From: Vicugna vicugna
Taxonomy: Eukaryota
Assembly: GCA_013265495.1 (NCBI GenBank)
Contig: MU058384.1
Location: 6,406,956-6,470,955, forward strand
Length of the DNA: 64,000 bases
Direction: 5' to 3'
This document shows, piece by piece, positions 26,371-38,113 of this stretch; position 1 is the stretch's first letter, and the number at the start of each line of letters is the position of its first letter. The position numbers and the translations under genes are program-made. The notes beneath the pieces were generated by a model. That model saw only the letters and a list, made by a program, of their open reading frames with translations, did not search any database and was not told the origin of the DNA.

Positions 26371-27422
26371 TGTTACCAAATTCAAGTTCGTGTGCCCAGT
26401 GCAGTGAGGCCAAACAAACTGAAACGCTGGAGTTTGGAGCAGAGAAAGGTTTCCTGCAGGGCCAGGAAAGGAGAAACGGCAGAGGAGGGGGGCTGGTGCT
26501 CAAAAAAGCTGAGCCCCACTGTTACGGAAACGACAGGCCAGTCAAGAAACAAGCACCACTCGGAGGGTTGGAGTACTCAGATGTATTACGCTGGCGGGCT
26601 CAGAGGGGCTTCTGCTCCGAAGCTCTGAGCACCTCCAAGATGTGCGCATGAGGTTTTATAGGGTAAAGTACAAGCTTTGGGTATTAGGCCAATAGGCATG
26701 GAACAGCTTTAGCAGCATTATCATCACTAAAGTGGAGGCAGGGAGGCAGCAAACCAACATTCCAAAGCCAGATATGTATCTTTGAAAACCCAGCTGGCTA
26801 GCAAAAAAACATGAACAGAAAACCAACACTAATTAACCTAGATTTACAAGTTAGTCTAGCAGAACTCAGATCAGTATTCCAATACTTAGATTTGTGAGCT
26901 ATCTTGTTAGACCAGCCCAGCCTCTCCTTCACATTCCTAGACTTGTGAGTTATCTTGTTAGACCAGCCCGGTTTTTCCTTCACACCACCATGGTTTTCGG
27001 GGAAAAGTTTTTATAGACAAAATTTTGAGGTGAGGGCTGCAGGGTGTGTGACTTTCTCCAGATAGGTTAGTGCTGAGTAACAGGGCGGTGTTCCTGGAAT
27101 CTAGTACTCAGCCTGAAGTCACCATCCTCCACCTGGGTGGGGACATTAGTTCCTGCAGAAGAACTCAAAGATATTGTTATGTATATTTCTTGAGGAAGAA
27201 CCAGGACCTTGCTTTAATCGCTGCACTACAGGTTTCCTGATTGTTCCTCCTTTGTTTCTGCATTCCCTTACTTCCCTGATTAGCAACTGTTTGAGTCTGC
27301 CCTCTGGACCTCAGGGCTGGACCTCACAAGGCTGAATGAAGCCTATTTCCCACAAACAAGAAATGAGGGACACGGGAAGGATTCGGACTTGGAGGGGCCC
27401 TACAAGGTTCTGCTCGGTTTCA
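26371..27422 (-). mobile_element. ERV1-type solo LTR (outer), split by a second LTR
   Basis: TGTTACC...GGTTTCA termini, minus-strand TATAAAAA at ~27009-27016 and LTR-like text (GAGTTTGGAGCAGAGAAAGGTTT..GCAGGGCCA). The outer TSD is not evident. Confidence 0.75.
26520..26984 (-). mobile_element. ERV1-type solo LTR (inner, younger), 465 bp
   Basis: TG...CA termini flanked by a perfect 4-bp TSD CCAC (26516-26519, 26985-26988). Minus-strand TATAAAA at ~26654-26660, CCAAT at ~26689 and retained CpGs. Confidence 0.85.
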
Positions 27423-28049
27423 ACACTTTACTCACCAAAAGAGAAGACAGAAGACTGGATGCTTGTAGAAATAATCCCAAAATAGATCTCTCAAATTATT
27501 CCCTGTTGGTACCTTTAAAGTCCAGCTGGAAGAGTACACCATTCTTAAAAAATAAAGTCATTCAGTTGTTTCCTAGTAAATCCTAAGCCAAACCCTTTAA
27601 GCTTTGGGAGAGTGGACTTTTAGGGGCCAGTATCAATAGGAACTAGGTTTGACACTGTTTTCCTCTACTACTCTGCCAACGACAGAACAAATGAAGATAA
27701 AGCATGATTGCCCAGGAATCTAAAGTGCTGTGCTGCCGGTTTCCTAAAATCTATACATGAACACACTCTGAGTAATTTTGTGCACACAGATCACGCTTAA
27801 AAATGTTTTCTATTGGTTTGCGACGGTGAGGAAATCAGATCCGCAGGGGACCTGTTGGGTCATTCTCTTCTGCCGGCTCTCTGCTACACTTCCTCATTCT
27901 TGGCAGAGTCTCTAAAGCAAAGGAAATGCACCCTCTCTGGGAAACAGCTTCATTATATTTACTTTTCAATTCTCTCTTGAAATTTTTTCTCAAGTCCAAT
28001 CCTTTTAGTACCATAGTATGCAATTCTCCTCTATCCTTCATGTTTACAC

Positions 28050-28280
28050 CCAACCTTCAGCTGTTTATAAACAGATATCATGCCCACTTTTAGTCATCTG
28101 TTAGCCACGTTAAACAAATGCAAGGCCTTTTAATCTGGTTTCGGTTCAGTCTCTCCAAGCCCTTAATCATTCTTATTGCTTGCCTCTGAACTACTTCCGG
28201 TTTCCTAGATGTTCATTTTTGTCAGAGGTACCCCACGTCGAATGCCTTGTTCCAGGTGTGGTCTCGTTAGCATAGTAGAA
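28050..28280 (-). mobile_element. CR1/L3 LINE fragment
   Basis: CCAAGCCCTTAATCATTCTTATTGCTTGCCTCTGAAC...TGTTCCAGGTGTGGTCTC resembles antisense CR1/L3 ORF2 3' sequence. Confidence 0.65.
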
Positions 28281-29069
28281 TGAGTTTTACGTTTTTTTTT
28301 CTTCTGGAGTATTGTGTTTTGACTTCCCTGCAAATTCCCACCAACACATGAAAGTATCATATTCTAACAAACTTAAGTGTATTTTTTTCTCTATTTTCAT
28401 CTCACATGGCGTTTCTTTTAGCATACTATAACAATCCTGATTTCTCCCTGTACTTCAGAGCACAATTTTTAATGAAAAGAGTAGTCAAAATGTGAATAAG
28501 ATCACTATGTTGTCCTTTTGATTGCTTTGGCTTGTAACTATCTACATGTAAGAAAGGTACAATTAATTTTTCTTATACAACTCTTTATCCTATATCCTTA
28601 TGATATTTATCTCCTTATGAAAAATGTCCACTGATTATAATTTGAAAATCCCCAAAGGCACAATTCGATGATTGTTGGAAGGAGGACGTTTACTTTATGG
28701 ATGGCAAATGAATTGACTTGGTTTTTTAAAGTAATGCATTTGGCATGGTTAACTCCAGTATCCATTTATTTTATAAAATCTCAAAGTTAGGAAGGTTGCT
28801 ACATTGCAGAAATCCATTTAAACTGAATGTTTTTGAATGAAAATATAGTATCACTGAAAACTATAATGAAAGCTTTTTTAATGTCCTTTCCTTCTACTAT
28901 ATTTTAGAAACATTAATACAGTGTTTTTCAATTTTAGGTATATGATCTCAGCACCCCTTCCAACATGCATTAAAATGACTTTTTTCTGTTTACCTGATTT
29001 CCTTATTTTCCACCAACCCTCTCAGAAATGTCAGCACTCAATGTAACTACTTCTAGACTCTAGAAATCC

Positions 29070-30075
29070 TAGAAATCTGACTTCTGCCCCCATACCTTTA
29101 CTGAGACTGCTCTCTGTAAGACCATCAATGGTCTCTCTCTCTCTCTTTTTTTTTCTAAGACTATCAATGGTCTCTCTTTTTTTTTTTTTTTTTTTTTTTT
29201 TTTATCATCATCTCTGACTTCCAGGAAGTATTTGGTGTCAGTGACAGCAGCCTTCTGCTAAGTCCACTTTCGACTTCCATGATTCAACCTCTATTATCCT
29301 CTGTTGCTACTTCTCTGGTGCCTAGAGAGCGTCCTCTTTTCCCTTAATTACGCTCAAAAATAGACCTAGACATAGGTTCTCTTCTCTTTCTTTGCTATTT
29401 TATCTCCCTTCACAATTTGATTCATTCCATAATCTCTTCTTCCACCTCTAAATGGGCGATTTAAGGATGTAAATCTCCTTTTCAGAAGGCTGGGCACCCT
29501 CAGCTGCAGGTCCCGTTAGCATCTCAAGGGGAGAGAGAAAATGTCAAGCTTCTTGAACCCACACCAAGCTGAAAGTATCAACCCAGCCTGTCCCACCAGC
29601 CCTTCCCACCATCCTCTTCCTAAGTTAATTTTGTCAATGGCATCACCTTCCTGAAGGCTCAACACTGAATTCATCCTTTACCCCCCTTTCTTCCCTTCCG
29701 CAGGCAATAAGTCAAGAAGACAGATTTATTTGGCATTGGTATTGTCTCCTCATCTGTCCTTCCATTTCTTTATCATAGCTGCCACCCAGGCCCAGTTCCA
29801 CATCCACCTCTTATGTCACCATCAGCATCCTCTTGCTCTAGTCTCTTCTCTGCTATACATCATACAGAGATTAGTTTTTCTTTCTCTAAAGTACCTCTTC
29901 TCTCGGTTAAAAATCCCCAGGAGGACCCAAATGTCTGTTTAATAAAGTAGAAATACCTTAACCCAGCTGTGACAACTGTCCAGGGCAGATGTGGCCAACC
30001 AGAATCTCACCTCTAACTTTCCTCTGCACACATAGTACCTTGTATCTAGCACTTGATAAATATTCACTGAAAAAA
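29070..30075 (+). mobile_element. L2 LINE fragments
   Basis: L2-like motifs (TCTGACTTCTGCCCCCATACCTTTACTGAGACTGCTCTCTGTAAGACCATCAATGG; TCAATGGCATCACC; AGCACTTGATAAATATTCACTGAA). Confidence 0.6.
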
Positions 30076-31569
30076 TAAAGTTAGATGCTTAAATGAAGGG
30101 TGACCAAATCTTCCAGTTGATACCATGATTGCAATTCAGTGTCAGGGACCCTCCTCCTGTATGTTTTATTTGTGTGTTTTAATCCAACTCATGCAGGATC
30201 CCTTTTGAGCAATTTGGTATACCCTCTAAGCCCAAACCAATTCCCTCTTTTGTATTCTATGCTTTACTCTTCCACATTAGCAGGGATAAAGTGTTCTGTA
30301 TGTGTCCTAGAGTTCAGGCTCTGTGATGAACCATCCCAACTTCATAATGAAATTTCCAAAGCAGTCTGTGGGTTCAAAAAACAGAGAGACTGGGGTACAT
30401 GGCTGAGGAGGTGTGCTTGAGGACAATCTGCTGAGACAGGAAACTTCACATCCACAAATGAGGAAGGGCTGGGTTAGAAAAAGGCAGAAGGGGAAAGACT
30501 CAGGGTGATTGCCTTTGGCAGTGCCTCACATAGTGCTGGGGACAGAATAAGCACTCTCTGTTATTACCCTGAACTAGATGAACTGATCCAGCCACAGAGA
30601 CCCTGTTAACTTGATTTTAACCTAAAGGGAGCCATTGCTACCCCATCTGAAACCAAAAGATGAGCCCACAAATCATTATTTCAAGGTGAAATGAAATAGT
30701 GCACCTGGAAGATGCCTTAGGGAGGCCTGTGTGCCCTTCAATTCTGCCCCATCTGAATATTTGAGTACTGAAAATGCTGTAGCCTTCTTCTCATTATCCT
30801 TCTAGCAAGAGGCAATCGACATTTTAAGAACTGACCATTTGGGGAGACCCAATGGGACTCAGTGAAAAAGCTATTTTAATTTTGCATTAAAAAAAAGAAC
30901 AAAAAAAACCATAAACACTTAACTTTTTTTTCCCAAATAGGCCCTATGGACAAAAAATTGTTCATAACTGCCAGAAATATTCATCTTGGACAACGATACA
31001 GAGAGATTCAAGGGCCTGGTGGCATTGCTTAGTATTCACCTTGGGTTTTGGGATATCAAATTCCTAAAACCCTCTTGTGTCACTACTAAATCCTTTTCTC
31101 AGTCTTCTTGTTTGCCAAACTGTCTTTTGGTGAATGACCCCACTGGCAAGCTCCTTGCTGGAACTTTCTTCTTCATTGGCTTCTGTGGGTCAGCTCTGGT
31201 CTCAGTCACCCCCACCTCTCTGATCACTCTTTCTTTATCCTTTCCTTGAATACCCTCTGGCCACTTAAATGTGGATGCTCCTCCGCCTCTGCTCTTAGCC
31301 ATCAAGTATGCTCACTTCAGTGTAAGGAGGTAGAAATGCACCAGACACAGCACCTGCCCTCCAGGAAATTTCAGTCTAGAGCAGAAAGTAGGGCATTTAA
31401 AAATAGTTATTACATGAGAGAAAATGTCAAGCTTCTTAAGAGAAACATTGACAAACAACAGGCTATTTTAGTTCAGAGAGTGTTTGCTTCCAGCTAAGAG
31501 AATGAGGAAGGGAACATTTGGACCTAGCTTTAGATCAGGAAGTGTATAAACCTAGGAATACATAATTCT

Positions 31570-32250
31570 GTTTTTGTTAAACAGAAGCCATTGTCTCTTC
31601 CTTTCAGCCTCCCCCGAAACAAGATACTCCTCTCCCCATGTTCCCTTACCTATTAACGGCACCAGTGCCCTCCCAGCCACCTACACCTTTCACTCCTTAG
31701 CCATGTTCATCCAGTCGCTTGCTCAGTCATGTAGTTTCCACTTCTGCGATAGGCTTGGCTTTCTCCTCTCCTTTGAATCTTTTTCAACGCTAACTTAATC
31801 CGGGCCTCATTTACTCTGACACAGACTATATATACTGCCATATAATTGGTTTTCCCATATCTAATGCCTTTCCCTACTTCTCCTATCAGATTATTCACTT
31901 TACAACACAGTTCTGTTCATGTCACTCCTTTATTTTTTTGGAAAGAAAAAAACCCTTTTGCCCACATCCCAGAGCCTCAAATCTCTGGTCCTATCCTATC
32001 TTTCCAACATTAATGGCTTCACTCTGTCACTCAGCCACCCAGCCACGGGTGGTATCTGGTCTTTCTTATGAACATCCTCTGTAGTTGTATGTGTCTTAGT
32101 TGCAGACAATAATCTACTCAGTACGATGATTACTGAAAGCACATTGCAGGCAAGCTACATTTTATTCATCACTGAATCCTCTATAGTGCTTAATGTGGAA
32201 TCTTACCATAGCAGGCACTCTCTAAAAACATGCTGAATAGATCAATAAAA
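31570..32250 (+). mobile_element. L2 LINE 3' fragment
   Basis: TTAACGGCACCAGTGCCCTCCCAGCCACC...TTATTCATCACTGAATCCTCTATAGTGC...CATAGCAGGCACTC...TGCTGAATAGAT. Confidence 0.6.
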
Positions 32251-33577
32251 ACTCTTCAATAGATATACTATATATGGACTCTTTCAGCCTCCTTCTATTG
32301 CCTGGGACTCATTGAAATATACCTTTGTATTGATTGGTAGAGCTATAATTTTTATAAAGATACAAGAAATCCTAATAATGAGAATAGGCCAGTGGAAGGA
32401 GTTATTACAGCGACTTCATAGGCTGTTGTTGAGAAATAGCACATGGCATTACACACTGTCTTTATTGTAAAGACAAAGAAGTCAGTATCAGAATTATAGG
32501 CTGCTTATATTTTGATGGCATTGAGAATTGTGTAACCAATCAAGTTCTCTTTCTGACTTGCTGCTAAAAAGTTTAGAGCCACATTTGGGATTCATCCATG
32601 GGAAGGTACAGGCTGCTGTAGTTTGTCTTTTTGTACTAGCCTCGACCCTACACCATTTAAGCCCATCCTACCTTTCTTCTTTCTCATATGCTTTTTGATT
32701 TGTTTTCTAATCATATTTTATCCAGATAAGCTGTCTATAAACAAATAGCTTTTCAAAGTGTTTACACTATTTTGAATGGCTATGTAACAAAAAATAGGGC
32801 AGAGGTCATCAAAGTATATCCGAGGCTAGAATTTTAGAAATCTTGCATTTTTTAAATATATCATTCATTTTTATGAAGTAATTCCTTCCACTGTTTCCCT
32901 AACTGGCTTACTCCATCCTGTCAGCAACCTACCAAAAAACTTCAGATAGAAAATTTATCTCCCTTCTTCAATAACAGGAAAATAGTAACTGTCATAGGAT
33001 AACTGATTTTATAATCTTATAAACAGGTTTGGTTGTCATCTGGCCCAAACTTCTTATTCTGTAGCTACAAAACACTAGCTGCAGAGGGTTGAAGTGATTT
33101 GCTCATTCATTGTTGGGGAAAGGGGAGCAGAATACAGGGCTCTCAACTCTTCTCACGCGGGTCGAAGTTACTGAGCACAAAACGTGTGTATTATTGTGCC
33201 TATGGGTAACACATTTTTAACAGGAACTTTCAATATAATATTTTTAATAAAAATATGCAACTATTTAAGAAGTAACATAATTGTCAAGACACCCTTTTTA
33301 TCCTCCCCTTTTTTCTAACTGCTTCTCAGATTGATTCTTTGTAGCACCTTATATTTGCTGGCTAAAATGGGAAACCCATAAGACGATTCTTTAGTATAGG
33401 TTTCCTTTTGCGCAGAGTTCAGAATATTATTACAGAGATGAAATGAATCAGATCCATTTACCATAGTTATCAAATTTCAGGAATCAAGAGCATGTGACCT
33501 ACCCTCTTTACTAATACTTCATTAGAAGCTGGATGTCAGTTTAGCCACAAGTTATAACTGGCAATAAGAACAAAGCA

Positions 33578-33704
33578 GAGAGGAGAGTATAGATCAGTGG
33601 TAAAATGTTTACTTAGCATACAGGAGGTCCTGGGTTCAATCCTTAGCACCTCCCTTAAAAATAAATAAATAAATGAACCTAATCCCACCCTCCAGCCCCG
33701 CAAA
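33578..33704 (+). mobile_element. tRNA-Ala-derived SINE (Vic-1-like), long form, diverged
   Basis: GAGTATAGATCAGTGGTAAAATGTTTACTTAGCATACAGGAGGTCCTGGGTTCAATCC, with TSD-like AAGAACAAAGCA / AAGAATAAACCA. Confidence 0.9.
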
Positions 33705-33745
33705 AAGAATAAACCATAAGTGTCCTGTGTGTATATATAACATTC

Positions 33746-33909
33746 TTTTTATTTTGTCTTTTTACTTGTTTTTTAATTGATTTTTGTTGGGGGCGGTAAA
33801 TTAGCTTTATTCACTTAGTTTATTTATTTATTATGGAAGTACTGGGGATTGAACCCAGGACCTCGTGAATGCTAGGTATGCGCTTTATCACTAGAGCTAT
33901 ACCCTACCC
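33746..33909 (-). mobile_element. tRNA-Ala-derived SINE (Vic-1-like), long form
   Basis: GTACTGGGGATTGAACCCAGGACCTCG...GAGCTATACCC, with TSD TATAACATT on both sides (33736, 33910). Confidence 0.92.
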
Positions 33910-34124
33910 TATAACATTGTTTTTTTAATTTAAAATTGATATTAATTATTTTTAGAGTGAAGCAGGTCTTGAATTTATAGTTTTCTTTTTAGCATCAAAA
34001 CAAAATTTAAAAATGTTTGATAATGTGAGTACTCTATCAATATGAATATTCTATTACTTTTCTCAAAACAATGCTAATACATTTTGAACACATCACTGCA
34101 ATACTTAACTTAAAATACTATCAA

Positions 34125-34237
34125 GGGGGAGGGTATAGCTCAGTGGTAGAGCATATGCTTAGCATGCATGAGGTCCTGGGTTCGATCCCCTGTACCTCCA
34201 TTAAATAAATAAACCTAATTCCCCACCCCCCAAAAAA
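34125..34237 (+). mobile_element. tRNA-Ala-derived SINE (Vic-1-like), long form, intact A and B boxes
   Basis: GGGGGAGGGTATAGCTCAGTGGTAGAGCATATGCTTAGCATGCATGAGGTCCTGGGTTCGATCCCCTGTACCTCCA, with TSD-like AAAATACTATCAA / AAAAGACTAACAA. Confidence 0.94.
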
Positions 34238-35984
34238 GACTAACAAACTAAAAATGAATCATAATGCATGTACAACACACAAGGACTATCCACATAGGCT
34301 AAGGACGCAATCAAGCATGCATTTAGGTACCCATTGCCAACAACTTAAAGTATTTCACTTGTATTTTTAATATTGGAACATTTAAAAATATGTTTATTGG
34401 GTATTTTGTTATAAAACTTCATTGTCTATGACATATAACTTTTAAAACAATTGTTTTTATGCTATCATTTAAATGCTTGCTGAGAAAAATATGAAACTTT
34501 AAGCTAATTTGAGGAGTCTATATATTTTGTGTCAATCCTCAGATGAATATGTAAAATTAAAAGTAGTTTTCTATTTCCAAATAGCAAACATCACAGCTCA
34601 TCAAAGCTTACATTCATTTTACAAATTAAACCCACAACAGCATTGTTTATGCATTTAGTTCAATATGCAAACAATGCCTCATTGAGGGTTACATTTCAAA
34701 ACAAACAAAAACTTGCTTTAGTTCCTTTTTCATTTCATTGTAACTTTGAAGTATGTGCTTATATGAAACAGTTAGCTTCTCCCAGTCATCAGTGGTCTGT
34801 ATACCATGAGTAACTAGCTAGATTAACTCCTAGTTTAAATTTACTGCTTGCTATGGAGTCTACAGTTTGTACCTTGGTGCCATTCTTGATCAAACATAAA
34901 AGACGGTATTTTGTCTCTTCATTTTTTTCAACCTGTATTTCACTGAGATCCCTCAAATCACTAAACAACAGATCTGTTATTTTAATGCCATTAGCATTTC
35001 TGTTAAAGTAGTGGTGATGAATAATTTTTCACATTAAAACTAATACAGGATTTTCAACTGAATATTTATGGTATTTTGTACTTCCCAAGAATGTACACCA
35101 GTTTGAAAATAAGTGTCTGTAACTTTCTTCTTGTTTTTAAAATTTATATATAACCTGAGATTTGAGATGATGTAACAAACAAAACAGTCATTTCTGCCTA
35201 TTAAGTTAACCCCAAAATTCCAGTTTTTATTAATAACCTATTATTATATATGACTTAATCTACCCTTAAAAAATCCTTTCTTCCAAAGATTGTTCCCTTG
35301 TTTTAATATTCCTAAATGTTTCTTCATAACTTCATGACTTGATGAATCTCTATTAAAAAGCTTCTAAACTGTTCTTGTAAGGGAACTGAAGAGTCCCAAT
35401 TGTTGCTTTTTGTTTGGGCTTTGCCAAATTCTATCAGATTTTTCATGGAATATAGTCATCAAAACCATAATCCAACTCCACATGCAGATGAATCATCATT
35501 CTGAGCAAAGGTAGACCAACCATTTGTCTCATATCTCTAATATATTTCTAAATAATGTCAATCATGTAACACAATACTCTGGTGATAGTCTCACCAGAAC
35601 TTGGGACAATTTCTTCAGAAAAAAAATCTGATTATAATAGTCATCCCTTGGGCATTGTAACCTATAATTTAGAAGTCATCATCCCAAGGTTAATTTGTGG
35701 TACTTTTTGCTAAGTCAGTTGCATGGCAATGCCCATCTTGAACCCATCCTTAAAACATTCTTCTGAAAGTTTACTTCACATTTTACAAACTGTATGGCTT
35801 ACTATAATCTAAAAGATTAGACACATTTCTCCGTCTGGATCATTTTCAGAAATATTAATTATCTATTCTTTATATAGTATCCTGGTTGATACTATATCTC
35901 AGAAGTACCTTTTATCCTTTTCTGTTTTCCAGCCAAAAGTCAGTTATTATCTATGTCAAAACAGGACCTACTATTTAAGATAAA

Positions 35985-37200
35985 ATTTTGCCACTATCTT
36001 ACACCATACACAAAAATTAACTCAAAATGGACTAAACTTGAATGTAAGACCTGAAACCATAAATTTCTAGAAGAAAATGCAGGCAGTAACTTCACTGACA
36101 TTGGTCATAATGATGTTTTTGTGGCTCTGATGCCACAGGCAATGGAAATAAAAGCAAAAATAAACAAATAATACTACATCAAACTGAAAATCTTCTGTAT
36201 TGTAAAGGAAACCATCATCATTTGATCCACACCTTTCAAAATGAAAATGCAACCTACTGAATGGGAGAAGATATTTGCAAATCATATATCTGATGCAGGA
36301 TTGATATTCAAAATATATAATGAACTTTTACAAGTCACCACCACCAACCAAAAAAAAAAACCAATTAAAAAATGAGTGGAGGATCTGAATAAACATGTTT
36401 CCAAAGAAGAGGTACTGATGGCCAAAGGCGCATGAAAAGATGCTCAACATTGCTAAATACCAGGGAAATGCAAATCAAAACCAAAATGAGATATCACCTC
36501 ACATCTGTTAGAATGGTTGTTATCAAAAAGACAAAAAATATCAAGTGTTAGCAAGGATGTGGAGAAAAGAGAATTCTTGCGCCCTGCTGGTGGGCAGGTA
36601 AATTGGTGCAGCCACTAGGGAAAGAAGTATAGAGATTCTTCAAAAAAAGAACTACTATATGAATCACTTGTTGCACTTCTGGGTGTTAATCCAAAGAACA
36701 TGAAAAGACTAATTTGAAAAGAAATAGCACCCCACCATGTTCACTGCAGCATTGTTTACAATGGCCAGACATAGAAGCAACCTAAGCATGCACTTAGGGA
36801 TGAATGAATGAAGACAATATGGTATTTATATACAATGGAATATTAATCAGCCATAAAAAAGAATGAAATCCTGCTATTTATGACAACATGGATAGACTCT
36901 GAGGGCATTTTCTAAGTGAAATAAGTCAGATGAAGAAAGACAAATCCTGTATGATCTCTACTCTTATAGATTCTAAAAACAAAACCAACCACCAAACAAA
37001 ATTAAACAAAAACAAACTCATAGATGGAAAGAACAGATTAGTACTTACTGGATGGAAAAGGAGCTGGGGGGGCTGGGTGAAACAGGTGAAGAGAGTCAAC
37101 TGTATGGTGATGGATGGTAGACTTGTGGTGGGGACCACTGAGTAGTGTATACAGATATTGAACTATAATGCTGTACACCTGAAACTTACATAATAAATAT
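35985..37200 (+). mobile_element. 5'-truncated L1 (ORF2 C-terminus plus 3'UTR), decayed
   Basis: CACCATACACAAAAATTAACTCAAAATGG...GGGAAATGCAAATCAAAACC...GATATCACCTCACA...CAATGGAATATT...GCCATAAAAAAGAATGAAATC...TGTACACCTGAAAC. Frameshifted. Confidence 0.93.
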
Positions 37201-38024
37201 ATATGTAGTATATATATATATACTTTTTGATAGAAGACTTAGTTCCTAAAACAAATAAAAAGCAAATGCAAAAAAGAATATGTGTTTTTCTCCAAAACAG
37301 TTTGTATTTTAACATTTATTCAACATTCAACACTTATTAATCTTACAGTAATTCTATGTACTATTTATATGTTATTTTTGCTCATGTAACGTGGAATTGA
37401 GATTCATCAATCTACTACAGATTAAAGTGTCCTCTCTGAAAAGTTTTGAGAAATTGAGAGTCCTATTGGCAATCTATCAGATATCCAATGCCTTTGATTG
37501 TATTGATGTATTGATAGATCATGTACTGTGTCCAACAACTGCAGTTTCATTTAAGTATTTTTAGATCTTTGTAATCAATTCTATGTGGCCCTGGTAATTC
37601 ATTCTTATGGGTGAATATCAAGGGGAGGGAGAGTTGGAGAAAAGGCTGCCAAATTAGTAGAAAGTATAAAGAGAAGGAGATAGGGTTAGATATAGGAGTT
37701 TCATGTTGATTCCAGTTGCAGTCATAGTTACAGATGTCACTTCCCACTCTCAGCAAGAATCCTTTGAGTCATCCATGATCCATAGTCTTAAGCACCATCT
37801 CAGGACCTGGTTCATAGTAGATATCCAATAAATGTTTGTTACATAAATAAATTAATTCAATCTCCAATTTAGAGCTTGATACTAATGATATTTCCTTATC
37901 TGTTCCTAAAACTACCTTTCTTGAGTTTTGGGGGCAATCATGGTTGCAAGAGTTTTGAGACTTCTACATCATAAAAACAAGAAAACTCCTCTTACACCTT
38001 ATTCTGAATAGTAGTATATCCTGG

Positions 38025-38028
<4 letters not shown>

Positions 38029-38112
<84 letters not shown>
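38029..38112. repeat. Compound microsatellite (TC)16-TTTGGG-(GT)23
   Basis: Read directly from the sequence. Confidence 0.97.

Positions 38113-38113
<1 letters not shown>

Noticed and set aside
26370..26983. ORFs within the nested LTRs
   Set aside because: They cross LTR junctions and show no gag/pol/env similarity; no internal proviral sequence or PBS is seen.
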